Part shown: in pieces, positions 22,707 through 33,260 of the stretch | How the letters are laid out: each line of letters opens with the position of its first letter | Position numbering within the stretch: the stretch's first letter is position 1 | Assembly: GCA_020184695.1 (NCBI GenBank) | Contig: JAANOX010000278.1 | Coordinates: 310,001-374,000 of the forward strand | Reading direction: 5' to 3' | DNA from: Histomonas meleagridis 2922-C6/04-290x | Taxonomy: Eukaryota > Protista > Parabasalia | Length of the DNA: 64,000 bases | Notes under the pieces: model-generated | Seen by the model: the letters and a program-made list of their open reading frames with translations, nothing else | What the model was told of the DNA's origin: nothing | Database searches by the model: none | Program-made: the position numbers and the translations under genes

Positions 22707-23927
22707 ATGAAAGCACCTGCACCAGGATTATTCCAATACGACCAAATTGTTCACAGAAATGCACTTAAGTTTGATGATGATTTATGTTGTTCAGTTACAT
22801 TATCTACAAAAAACATCTATGTATGTTTAACATGTGGAAAACCATTTAGTGGCGGATCTTCAACATCTCCACTAACTCAACATTTTGTTGAGAAATTCCA
22901 CCCATTAGCAATCAGAATGAGTGATACAGAAATTGTAGTTCTTCCAAATTATGATGTTTTACCAGATGTTCCAGAACTTCAAGACATTAGATTTACAGCG
23001 CATCCAGTTTACACACAAAAAACAATAGCTTTCATGCATGAAAAGATGAAAAATGGCGGAGAAATTATTCCAGGTGCACTTGGGTTAGAGACACTCAAAC
23101 CAACACATGCGCAAATTTCAGTAATTCGTTTTATTTCATGTATTGATCCACTTCGTGATTATTTTCTTTTAAAAGATTTTGATGTACCGATATTAAAAGA
23201 ATTTTCAACCTTCTTCAAGAACTTCTTTAATCCATATTTTTACAAGAAACAGATTTCCCCTTCTAAGCTCTTTCGCTCGCTTCCTGAGATTGATGATCCA
23301 TTCAATTTCCTATCGGTCATTTTAAACGAGCTCAACAACAAATTTGGGAAAAATAATCTTTTAAGTACTCTATCACGAGGGCTTTTAAACATTGAGAAGT
23401 ATGAAGATGCAGGCCATTGGAAATCAAGCAAACGAAAGATTTGGATTCTTCCACTTGAAATCACTGATTCCCCATTATATCGTTCTGGTCTAGAAAAAGA
23501 GAAAATTATTCCGCAAACAGAATTAACTGAGCTTTTAATACGGTATAATGGTGTTACAATTACTGAGACACCAATTGGTGATGGGAAAGTCGAACGTAAG
23601 AAAATGAAAATGTGTAATGCGCCAAGTTATTTAATAATAAGTATAAATAGAATTAAGAAAAATGAGTTTAATCTTGAGAAAAGTAATATGCATGTGATAT
23701 TACCAAGAGAGGCATTAAACATGAGCGAATATGGTATTAATGGTGAGTATAAAGTGAGAGCTATAATTTCGCATGAAGGAACGCCGAATGATGGGCAATA
23801 CTTAACATACATAAGGAATAAAGACGCTGGAAATTGGATAAAATGCGGAACTATAGACGTGAATGAGACGATTGAAGATGTCGCATTTTTGTCGCAAGCG
23901 TGCTTTTTACTTATGGAGAAAATTTAA
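22707..23927 (+). CDS. USP39: U4/U6.U5 tri-snRNP protein USP39/Sad1-like (ZnF-UBP plus inactive USP domain)
   Basis: CSVTLSTKNIYVCLTCGKPF zinc finger, IIPGALGL, no catalytic Cys in the Cys-box region, ISHEG His-box remnant. Confidence 0.8.
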   Translation: MKAPAPGLFQYDQIVHRNALKFDDDLCCSVTLSTKNIYVCLTCGKPFSGGSSTSPLTQHFVEKFHPLAIRMSDTEIVVLPNYDVLPDVPELQDIRFTAHPVYTQKTIAFMHEKMKNGGEIIPGALGLETLKPTHAQISVIRFISCIDPLRDYFLLKDFDVPILKEFSTFFKNFFNPYFYKKQISPSKLFRSLPEIDDPFNFLSVILNELNNKFGKNNLLSTLSRGLLNIEKYEDAGHWKSSKRKIWILPLEITDSPLYRSGLEKEKIIPQTELTELLIRYNGVTITETPIGDGKVERKKMKMCNAPSYLIISINRIKKNEFNLEKSNMHVILPREALNMSEYGINGEYKVRAIISHEGTPNDGQYLTYIRNKDAGNWIKCGTIDVNETIEDVAFLSQACFLLMEKI

Positions 23928-24208
23928 TAAATGTTTACATCTTTTTGTTTATTCCATTTAATCTCATTTGAACCTTCATTAATAATTATAATAATGAAAA
24001 TGATTTTAATTTTTTGAAGAAATCAAAATTAAAAAACATTTATTAAAGCAAACAAAACTGAAATTCTTTATTTTTTTTATTCATGAATTTTTTTCAAGAA
24101 TATAAAATGAAGAGAATTAACTGTAAAAAAGTTATAAAACAGTATTACAATTTCAAAAATAAAAGAATAAAAGTATTTTATTATAGGAAGAAAACAAAAG
24201 AAATAAAA

Positions 24209-24727
24209 TCAAGCATTGTTTGTTAATGCTTGCTGTATTTGATTTAATGCATTATCGAGATCTTCAATGGAATTTGATTGTATTTCATGAATCATGTTAG
24301 CAGGAAAGTCTTCGATAACTTCATCAAGAATTGTTCTGAAAATTTCTGCTTCGACATTTTCGCGAATTTTATCTTCACTATATCCACGGGCAGCGAGTCG
24401 CTTCCAAAGTAAATCTGATTCACAACGAAGTACAAGCACGAAGTCAAGATTTTCAATATCAACAACGTCAGAACAGTGAAAATCAAATACTATACCACCT
24501 TCTGGATGACTTGCAATGATATTGTTCAATTCGGCTTCGAGGAGGTTTTCGTCATAAATTGTGCAATCGCGCTCTTCATCTTGTTCAGTCCAAAGATGGT
24601 TATCACGAATTAATTGACTGATTGGCACATGAAGTAAACCAAACCTAGATGCCAACATTGATGAAAATGTTGTTTTGCCGACACCAGGAGTTCCTGTAAC
24701 AAGAAAGTTTGGTTTTGTTCTTTGCAT
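24209..24727 (-). CDS. AK6: Adenylate kinase 6 / Fap7 / CINAP
   Basis: PNFLVTGTPGVGKTT P-loop, VFDFH, RLAARGYSEDKIRENVEAEI. The start is placed at MQRTKP (24727). Confidence 0.92.
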   Translation of the reverse strand: MQRTKPNFLVTGTPGVGKTTFSSMLASRFGLLHVPISQLIRDNHLWTEQDEERDCTIYDENLLEAELNNIIASHPEGGIVFDFHCSDVVDIENLDFVLVLRCESDLLWKRLAARGYSEDKIRENVEAEIFRTILDEVIEDFPANMIHEIQSNSIEDLDNALNQIQQALTNNA

Positions 24728-24797
24728 GGATTTTACCCGGCCACAGAATTTGCCATTATTAATTTGAGTGAAAATAAAATGACATTTTTGAAATTTT

Positions 24798-25133
24798 ATG
24801 CAAAAAAATATAAATAACTCAGATTCTTTCAACAATGAAAATGATACAACTAGTTCAGATTTTTCAGCAGCCAGCAGTGAATTAATTGACTCGTTTGTAC
24901 AAAGAAAAAACACAAATTCAAAAAATGTAATAACAAAAATTAATCAACAACAAGACCCTGAACTTTGGATTGAGTACCAAACCTTAAGAGATGAAAATGA
25001 ACAGCTAAAAAATAAATTAGAAATTTTGAGAAAAAAACTCCAAGAAATCACTCAAGAAAATGAATCACTTCTGTTGATTTTGGAGAAGAGCTTAAAGCTT
25101 CGATATCACTATAAGAAAAAACTACAGAAATGA
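24798..25133 (+). CDS. Small coiled-coil protein
   Basis: 111-aa ATG ORF with a heptad C-terminal half, divergent from AK6. Confidence 0.6.
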   Translation: MQKNINNSDSFNNENDTTSSDFSAASSELIDSFVQRKNTNSKNVITKINQQQDPELWIEYQTLRDENEQLKNKLEILRKKLQEITQENESLLLILEKSLKLRYHYKKKLQK

Positions 25134-25331
25134 AAATTATGATAATTTGCAATCAATATAATTTTACAAAAACACCAATGGGATATGACAACTTCATCAG
25201 CACGATGAAGAAGTTCGAATTTTTCATGATTTTCATAATAAATAAATCTAAAGAAGATATTCCATGACATAATTCTTTACTCTTATCTCTAACGTTTCTT
25301 AAACATATTGGCAAAATAACATTTGTGCCAT

Positions 25332-25853
25332 TTAGTAAACAGGATCAATATTCGACCAATTGTTTGTTGTAAATGAACCAATGCTATAGCTGTAATTATC
25401 GAAACAATAATCTCCTCCATCATCAATTTCGATGTTGTCTTCTAGCACGAATGGTGAGTCGTTTTCGGTACTCTTTATGATTGGAACCATAACAGGTGAT
25501 TCCTTTTCATACCTATTATTAACAGCTATCCATGGTCTGAGTTGATGTGGCATGTGGTCAGCTAGTGTTCTTTTAGATCTAGACTTTGAAGATGCTGAAT
25601 TTTCAACGTGTTTGCAAATTGCATGTAAATTTTGAATATTAATCGAAAAAGATTCATTACAATTTGTGCAGGTTAGAAGAAAAGATTTTGTTCCAAGGCT
25701 ACTATGTAAAACTTCTGATGGAGAATTTATTAAAATTCCTTCCATTTTAATAACAAACTGTGTATCATCATGTTGGCTGTTTGTTACTCCAGAGCCTCTA
25801 GAGACTATAAATTTTATATTTCCGCATTTGCAGGATTCTTGAGTCGCTGACAT
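25332..25853 (-). CDS. Hypothetical protein with putative Zn-binding Cys pairs
   Basis: First ATG at 25853 (MSATQESCKCGNIKF); CKC and CTNC pairs; acidic C-terminus. Confidence 0.65.
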   Translation of the reverse strand: MSATQESCKCGNIKFIVSRGSGVTNSQHDDTQFVIKMEGILINSPSEVLHSSLGTKSFLLTCTNCNESFSINIQNLHAICKHVENSASSKSRSKRTLADHMPHQLRPWIAVNNRYEKESPVMVPIIKSTENDSPFVLEDNIEIDDGGDYCFDNYSYSIGSFTTNNWSNIDPVY

Positions 25854-26369
25854 TAACTGTGGTTCGTCTTCACAAAATCGTTCTCTCAAAATTATGCTCA
25901 CAAAATTGAATGCATGTGATTGTATCGGCACAATTTTGTGAGGAGAAAAAAAAAAACAAAATAATCGCTGTTGACTCAATTTGTATTAAAATCTGTACTC
26001 GACAAATTTGTCATCATAAAATGTTTAAACACGTTCCCATTAATTAAAGGCGACATAATAGTTTTTATATATTCAACTAAATTGCTTATTTATTTTTATC
26101 ATTGTTAAACAATTCATTTTGTTGAGTGCACTCAACAAGTTTCATCATCTATTTGTTTATAAATTTCCTTTCTTTGATTACAAATGAAAAACATTTATGA
26201 ATATAAATTCTTTAAGTATAAAAATAACAGATGAATGACTTAAATGATGTTGAGTTTTTCGATTTTCTTCTTCTTTACTGAAAAGTGCCATAACAGGAAA
26301 TGAATGCAATTTGATCGTTTAGCACGTTTGTCATCCTCTTTGCTGTCAAATTTTTTTATAAATACTTAG

Positions 26370-26780
26370 ATGATTGGCTGGCCTATTTTTCGTTTTATTT
26401 CATTTCCACTAACATTTCTTTTCCCAGGTTATCGTTCATTCATTGCTGTTGTAAGTGAAGGTTCAGATGATGATTTTAGATGGCTCTGCTATTGGTTGGT
26501 TTGCGCATTCCTTTTATTAATCGAAGCTGCTGCATCTTTCTTACTTAACACAATTCCTTTTTATTACGAATTAAAATGCATTTTCTTACTATTTTTACAA
26601 TATGATACCGCAAAATTAGCAGAAGATATATATAACAAATTTTTGGGTCCTGCAATCAAACACTATGAACCAGCTTTGGATAAGTTCATTGCTTCTTATT
26701 CTCAACAAGCCGAAAAGATCAAACATACTGCAAAATCTCAAGTTGCAGACGCAGCAATTAAATATGCATTAAATAACTAA
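26370..26780 (+). CDS. TB2/DP1/HVA22 (Yop1/REEP) ER-shaping protein
   Basis: FPGYRSF, DDDFRWLCYW, IPFYYELKCIFLLFL, IYNKFLGP. Confidence 0.9.
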   Translation: MIGWPIFRFISFPLTFLFPGYRSFIAVVSEGSDDDFRWLCYWLVCAFLLLIEAAASFLLNTIPFYYELKCIFLLFLQYDTAKLAEDIYNKFLGPAIKHYEPALDKFIASYSQQAEKIKHTAKSQVADAAIKYALNN

Positions 26781-27130
26781 ACAAGCACAACTTTTATGAA
26801 TGATGTTTTTATCTTATAAGACAAGTGCACATGTGAAATTTGATTCTGTCAATAAAAAATTTCAATCTGAAAAGAAAAATAAAACTATTTCAAAATATTT
26901 GTTGGTAAAATCATTATTTTACATGTTGAACTTCTGATTTTAATTTCATCTTTTCCCCAATCATGTGCAAAAATAACAAAGCATTTTACGAGAATTTATA
27001 CAAAATTTTAATATGCGTTTCGGATTGTTTAATATTATTAAAAGTAAATCCATTCCGAGAAAGGTATTGATTTGAAGAATTTCTGAAACCTTGTTTGAAT
27101 TTCGCTTTGGTCAAGCAGATAAAATAAGCA

Positions 27131-28258
27131 ATGTCTCAAAACAAAGATATACACAAGATGCTCGTTAAAGAGCTCAAAGAAAAGCTAACCGAACTTGGTG
27201 TTGAACCATCGACATTTGCTAAACTCAAAAAAGCTCAATTAGTCAAATTACTTGAAGAGAAACTCGCAGAGGAAACAGCCGAAGAAAGCGAAGAAGAACC
27301 AGCTCCTGAAACTAACGAAGAACCTCATGAAGAAAATAAAGGCGACATCCCACCATCTTTACCTCCTGCATCTGATGAAAATAAAGGCGACATCCCACCA
27401 TCTTTACCACCTGCACCTGAAGAAAATAATAACGATATTCCACCTCCATTACCTCCAACACCTGCAGCTATTTCCGAACCCGTCAAAATAAGTTCAATAA
27501 TCAGTCCATTCCAGTCAAAATCTCAAAACACATCCGAAGAAAAGAATGGCCCACCCAAGGGCATGAACTTCCAATTTGATCTTGCCCATTTAACAGCACT
27601 TGATCCCAATCATTATTCCCAATCCGATGTTCAAGATTCCAATCTTCTTTTACAAATGGCCACTTCCTCTCTCAACCAACTATTTGCGCAACTCAATTCA
27701 CTCGAACGCGAGGGAGATAACCGCGTCAAACTTCCCAATGATGTCATTAGTCTTCCACGATCTCAGCCAATTCCAACCGAGAAAGTCATGACGCGTTGGG
27801 AAGCTTTCAAGAAAGAGAAAGGGCTCAAGACACAAGCGAAAGAGAAAATTGTCCAAGATGAAGCCACAGGCGAATGGCGCCTTCGCTATGGCTACAAACG
27901 CGCGAACGCGCCAAACCAAGATTGGCTGATCGAAGTTCCTAATGGTTATGAAGGCGATCCATTCGAGAAGCGCGAGAACAAACGAAAGGAGAGCATCAAA
28001 GAGCAAAAGAAGAGAGAACGAAGGAACAAAAATAGAATCGCAAGAGCGAAGTTGGACATTTCGAACGTGTCTGCTAAAGGAAGTTATACTAAGGAAACTA
28101 TAAGAACTGCAATTAAGGCTTCAGAACACCCAACGTCATCAGCGTCAATGAACCAATTTAACAAGCTGGAGAATAAGCCGCCAATATTCGAGGAAGGAAG
28201 TAAGCTGCCGAAGATATTCGATAGAAATAAAGGAAAAAAGAAAAATGGAAGAAAATAG
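27131..28258 (+). CDS. RRS1: Ribosome biogenesis regulatory protein RRS1 with an N-terminal SAP/HeH-like and Pro-rich extension
   Basis: FDLAHLTALDPN, LPRSQPIPTEK, TRWEAFKKEKGL, EWRLRYGYKRAN, WLIEVP, STASM-like SSASMNQF. Confidence 0.85.
   Translation: MSQNKDIHKMLVKELKEKLTELGVEPSTFAKLKKAQLVKLLEEKLAEETAEESEEEPAPETNEEPHEENKGDIPPSLPPASDENKGDIPPSLPPAPEENNNDIPPPLPPTPAAISEPVKISSIISPFQSKSQNTSEEKNGPPKGMNFQFDLAHLTALDPNHYSQSDVQDSNLLLQMATSSLNQLFAQLNSLEREGDNRVKLPNDVISLPRSQPIPTEKVMTRWEAFKKEKGLKTQAKEKIVQDEATGEWRLRYGYKRANAPNQDWLIEVPNGYEGDPFEKRENKRKESIKEQKKRERRNKNRIARAKLDISNVSAKGSYTKETIRTAIKASEHPTSSASMNQFNKLENKPPIFEEGSKLPKIFDRNKGKKKNGRK
27329..27463 (+). repeat. 45-bp coding tandem repeat (EENKGDIPPSLPPAx), 3 copies
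   Basis: gaaaataa anchors at 27332, 27377 and 27422. Confidence 0.85.
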
Positions 28259-29377
28259 AACTAAATAAAAGAAAAAGTAATAAATTTATTTTGTGTATGT
28301 TTAAGCTCACTCACAGATCAAATCTTCTTATGGGTGGCAACATGAAACGGATGATCAAAATAAAATGAGCAAAAACTCTCTGCGTGAATTATTTTTTTTT
28401 CTTTTGTCTTATTTTTATTGATTTGCTGTTTGTGTTTATTCTATCGTTCTCTATCGTGCTTTCTATTTTTTGGAATTAGTCGAAAAATTTTCAAAATAAT
28501 TCATAAGAACAAAAATATTATAATAAAACATTTAACAAAAACATTATTGAAGTTGAATCATTCAATCGAGAAACTATCACAAAGGATAGTCAATGATAAC
28601 CTTTCATTCATGTGATTCATATTCTGGCGTTTCGGTTGAGACAAAACAAGTATGTTTAAATATTTCACATATTAAATGTAAGAAGATATTAAATATTTAT
28701 CGTAAGATTGGAATATATGGCGAACCAGTGACGTACTTTAATAACTTTTGTATATTTAATTTATTACATCGAATAACATTTTCTTTAAGTTTTCAGATTA
28801 TTTTGTATTATGTTTGCAATCTTCGATATCAATTTTACCTTCTCTCGTGATTTAATTCATTTGTATTAAACATTCTGCTTTTAATATTATACAATAGAAT
28901 CATTTAGGAAGCGTTCGAGTTGTTATTTAACATTTTTAATAAATATGAAATTAATTACTTCTTCGATATACATTTTTATTTTCGTTTGCTAACCATTTTC
29001 AACAACTTCGAATTCATTGATAGTGAAATTTAAATAAAGATCATCTGCTGAGTTTGAAGTTAACCATTTCATTGATTTAATAAACAATCAACTCAACTTT
29101 TTTATTAAGAATTTGATTTAAATTGCATTTATAAAGTTTCATTTCGATTAAATAAATCTCCTTAAATGTGTCATTAAAGATATCTTCGAGTAATGTTCTA
29201 TAAGTCACCATCTGTTTCACCGCTATAACTACCAAATTATTAAAGAAACATTACAAGTTTTGCGATAATTTCCTTATTCGCGAATCTCAATGTATAATAC
29301 ATACAATACGAAGCGTTACTCAACTCTTGTAGAGTTAACAAGTCAGGTGTTAATATTGCGTAGATAATTTGGTTTAA

Positions 29378-29646
29378 AATTTTATTAAAACATATTAAAA
29401 ATTATTAAAACATATTATAAATTATTCAAATGAATAGTTTTTGCATTAACATCAATCCCTTCTTTATCTAAAAGTAATTTTACGATTTCTATATTATTAT
29501 TTCTAACTGCTATATGAAGTGCTGTTTCAAATTATTAAAACATATTTTAAATTATCAAAACATATTACGAATCATTAAATCATATTTCAAATTATTAAAA
29601 CATATTTTAAATTATTAAAACATATTCCAAATTATTAAAACATAAT
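29378..29646. repeat. 20-bp minisatellite (aaattattaaaacatattNN): 6 copies at 29529-29646 and about 2.5 copies at 29378-29430
   Basis: Tandem units read directly from the sequence. Confidence 0.85.
29430..29528 (-). pseudogene. Isolated single ankyrin repeat (99 bp)
   Basis: Translates ETALHIAVRNNNIEIVKLLLDKEGIDVNAKTIH, a canonical TALHxA...IVKLLL...DVN ankyrin consensus; no ATG and a stop follows shortly. Confidence 0.8.
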
Positions 29647-29730
29647 ATGTTATTTGCTTTTTAACTTGTATAGATGGCTCAAATAAATTTGTTATGATGT
29701 TTGATTTGAGACATGTGATGTGAAACATTA

Positions 29731-30954
29731 ATGAAGCCACCAAATGATCCGCATTTCCTGACTCCAGATGGAAAAGAAAAATTAAAAGTGATACTTGAAG
29801 AGTCAGATGACCCAATGAGTTTTATTGAATCTCTTCATCATTGCGAACATTATGATTTTTCTCAATATTCAAAAGTTTTTCAAATTGGAGATTTTAGTGG
29901 ATTTGACGCTTCAAGGATATTTGAAAAATATATCGAACAGCAACACCAAACAATCAAAAATAAGATAAGTACACTATATCCTGATCAATTGAAAGAGTTA
30001 CTCAAACAACTTCAGCAATATTCAGATATTCCTATCTTCCATGACCTCATCAAGGATGTTCTTGCACGGATGCGCGAAGTTCCTAAGTGGTTTGAAATTC
30101 CAGAATCAATCAAATCAGATTTATCACCTCCAGATCAACTCAGAGTTTTTTCTGATCAACCCAAAGAATTTAAGCTTTGGCTTGAGTCCGTTTTTAATGA
30201 GAGTATGTGTAATTTCCAAGAAGTTGATGATTTCTCATATCTTCATTTATTCCAACAAATTTCAGAGTTCTGTTTTCATAAGCGACAAATGTATCAAATA
30301 GTTGTCAACTTTTGCGAGAAGAAATTTTTAGAAACATATCATCCCATCTATTGTGTGATCAGGATTCGTCTATCGCTTTACAATTCCCCTCTTTCCCGTA
30401 TAGATTCTGCGCGTCCTCTCTCGTATTTGGTCACGAAGGCCGTCAGCGGCGATTGCGAGGTGAATTTCACTGAGATTGAAAAGGCGGCGACCGTTTGCGG
30501 CGCATCATCTCAAATTGTTTTGTCACTTCCGAACTTTACGATGAAATATCCCATTAAAGATTATATAAAAGCATTTGGTGTTACGCCACGAGACAAAATG
30601 ATTTGGTCGAAACATTTGAATACTGGAAATTCAGATGCGGTTGATTTTATGAAAAGAACTCCTTTTTTCGCTCGTATCATAGGGATATCAGTGATTCAAG
30701 GAATAAAGCTGAATGGCGATCTTTTCATCACGTTAAAGGATTGCCAGCCTCAATGCGACGTTGCATATTTCATGTGCAGAAGATACAAAACCGAAAACGA
30801 TTCAATTTTGAGAGAGTGGGCCTCAAAAAGTGGATCGGTGTTCATCGACTATTTGACACTTTGTATATCGAAGAAAATGAAATTACCGGATATACAAGTG
30901 CCGGAACTAACAAAAGAACAAGAGGCTATTTATAACGCCTTTTTGCAAAAATGA
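29731..30954 (+). CDS. NELF-B/COBRA1-like protein (negative elongation factor B)
   Basis: Colinear blocks resemble human NELF-B as I recall it: KEKLKVILEESDDPMSFIE ~ GEDLKETLTNCTEPLKAIE; LKELLKQ...IPIFHDLIKDVLARMREVP ~ LEDLLEK...MPSLQPVVMCVMKHLPKVP; MYQIVVNFCEKKFLETYHPIYCVIR ~ LYDMVLQFLRTLFLRTRNVHYCTLR. Confidence 0.72.
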   Translation: MKPPNDPHFLTPDGKEKLKVILEESDDPMSFIESLHHCEHYDFSQYSKVFQIGDFSGFDASRIFEKYIEQQHQTIKNKISTLYPDQLKELLKQLQQYSDIPIFHDLIKDVLARMREVPKWFEIPESIKSDLSPPDQLRVFSDQPKEFKLWLESVFNESMCNFQEVDDFSYLHLFQQISEFCFHKRQMYQIVVNFCEKKFLETYHPIYCVIRIRLSLYNSPLSRIDSARPLSYLVTKAVSGDCEVNFTEIEKAATVCGASSQIVLSLPNFTMKYPIKDYIKAFGVTPRDKMIWSKHLNTGNSDAVDFMKRTPFFARIIGISVIQGIKLNGDLFITLKDCQPQCDVAYFMCRRYKTENDSILREWASKSGSVFIDYLTLCISKKMKLPDIQVPELTKEQEAIYNAFLQK

Positions 30955-32243
30955 TTTTTGCGTTTAATTTGTTTGAAATTATATCAATAAAAATTTTTCG
31001 AATATATTATCAAATACGAAATTTATTAAAATAGTAATGCGACGTTTTAAGAAATTATATAAAATATGTAATTTGTATGTTATGTAAATAGTTTGTGTTG
31101 CACAGTAATTTTATCTGTGAATGTGTTCACCAGATGCAAAGAGATTTTTATTATACTTAAAAGTTATTTATTGATAGACTTGTAGTTGAACTAAAATCAC
31201 TTAAACATCACTATGCGCAGTGTTCTTACATAAAAAAATATGTTTTTCATAAGCATTAAGGAATTTAAACTTCTGTTTTTTCTGGTTACGTGTTTAACTT
31301 GCGTGTGCAAATTATAGCTGCGTAATATTATGTAAAGAATTTTTTTTTGATATTCTTATTGGCAAAAGCTTACGATCTGTTGAATATAAATGGAAATTGG
31401 CGTATTTAGAGGTTACGCACGAAGAGCAAAGATAATATGTTGAATTTTTTTGAGAATAAGAAAATGTAGCGAATTTGAACACATTTGCCTGAAAACATTT
31501 TCTAGTTATGGATCTACATGATGTTTGCATTTGCATATATTGTAAAATGTCATAAAAAATAGATATTTGTAAACGATATGTTTTTTTAATACATGAAATA
31601 GGTAGCACTGAACTCGAAGATAGTAGTAATGTGATGTGATTGCCTTAAAATTGCAAGAATTATTGAATATTAACATTTTTTTGATATATGTAAAAGTATC
31701 ATTTTACATCATTCAACAGGTCGTATAATTAAGACCGAATCACCCGCGGCATGCTTATTATATGCATTTTTCTCTAAAACAATCCGATTCCAAGTTTTTG
31801 TTCAATAAAGATCGGGATTTTTTTAACAAAAGTTTGGATGGAATCACTCACAAATTGTATTCAAAGTTCAATCAATTTTTGAGAGCAATTTGCGGTTATT
31901 GGTTCTGGTCATTCGAATTGAATAATGTTCTTTCAACATTAATTCCGCTTTTCTGATAAAGATATTGGAAACAAAAAGCATTTTTACACAATTGTGACAA
32001 CTCCTAGAAAATTCTTTAAAAAGCCTCTCAAGCGACACAGTCACAGTTGTTGAGTTGTTAGCTTACGAAGATTTTGTTATTGTCTGCACGTTATTTTTTG
32101 TGTTTGTTTAAACTTCTGCATTCAAAAAGTAAATTTTTCTAGGTTAATTGCATCGTTTCCGTTCAATTTTTAAACTGAAAATACATTCTGGAACGGTTTT
32201 TTTCTGGGAATTGTCAAATTGTTCAATCTTGCCAGAACTTCTG

Positions 32244-33260
32244 ATGCTCTTAAATCAATCGCCTCAAATTACCCTCACAGAGATCCAAGAAATCCTCCCA
32301 GAGCACCACTATCATTTTACAAGGGCTATAGGGGTTGGAGGCTTTGGCTCAGTGTTTCTGGTGAGGTCTGATAAATATAATCAAGATTTTTGCATCAAAA
32401 GAATAAAACAAAAAGAGCCAGCATTCGACCAAACAAAAAACGAAGCGGAAACATTAATTCGATTATGTCACCCAAACATCATATCAATGTATGAATTTTT
32501 CTTTGATGAAACACGGACATATTTGTACATTGTACTCGAGTATTGCAAAGGCGGCTCTTTAAAAGATTTGGTACAAAAAGAAGGTCCGATAAAGCCACCA
32601 AAGTTATATTCATATTGTTACCAAATAATGAATGCATTGTTTCATTGCCATGAACAAAACGTTGCACATAGAGACATAAAGCCTGCAAACATTCTTCTCG
32701 ACAGTTACGGAAGAACAAAACTCGCAGACTTCGGTCTCAGTAAAAAGTTTGAAAAAGGAGAAGTTCTAAAGAGTTGTGCTGGTTCACGACCTTTCATGGC
32801 ACCAGAGATTATCAATGGCCAAAATAATGACCCATTTTTGGCAGACATTTGGTCGCTGGGAATAACGTTTTATACAATCGCATTCGGAAAACTTCCGTGG
32901 AAAGTTCACGACGTTGATGAAATGGAAAACGCTATTAGCTTAGGGATTTTCACCTTTCCTTCTTATGCTGAGCCAGGGTTTTGTCAGCTAATTCGATCGA
33001 TGACAGCTGTGAACCCAAAGAAAAGAGAACCATTAGCAAAATTACTTCGATCTCCAATTTTTGATAGCATTAAAAAGTATAATTATTCTTCACTACCTCA
33101 AACACAGAGTGAACGTTCGTATAGAAAATCAACTTCATTTCTTCCGTCATCTGTATCACATAATAGAATTATCAGTAATAGGATTAATAACAATTCTTTT
33201 TTGTTGAAGAAGCCAGAGGTAAAGAGGACACCAGTGATACCGAAAATTTTTCCATTTTAA
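32244..33260 (+). CDS. Ser/Thr protein kinase (CAMK-group-like)
   Basis: IGVGGFGSV, CIK, HRDIKPAN, DFG, APE, DIWSLG. First ATG is at 32244. Confidence 0.95.
   Translation: MLLNQSPQITLTEIQEILPEHHYHFTRAIGVGGFGSVFLVRSDKYNQDFCIKRIKQKEPAFDQTKNEAETLIRLCHPNIISMYEFFFDETRTYLYIVLEYCKGGSLKDLVQKEGPIKPPKLYSYCYQIMNALFHCHEQNVAHRDIKPANILLDSYGRTKLADFGLSKKFEKGEVLKSCAGSRPFMAPEIINGQNNDPFLADIWSLGITFYTIAFGKLPWKVHDVDEMENAISLGIFTFPSYAEPGFCQLIRSMTAVNPKKREPLAKLLRSPIFDSIKKYNYSSLPQTQSERSYRKSTSFLPSSVSHNRIISNRINNNSFLLKKPEVKRTPVIPKIFPF

Noticed and set aside
29378-29646. 20-bp repeats as a CRISPR-like array
   Set aside because: The units are directly tandem with no unique spacers, there are no cas genes, and the genome is eukaryotic
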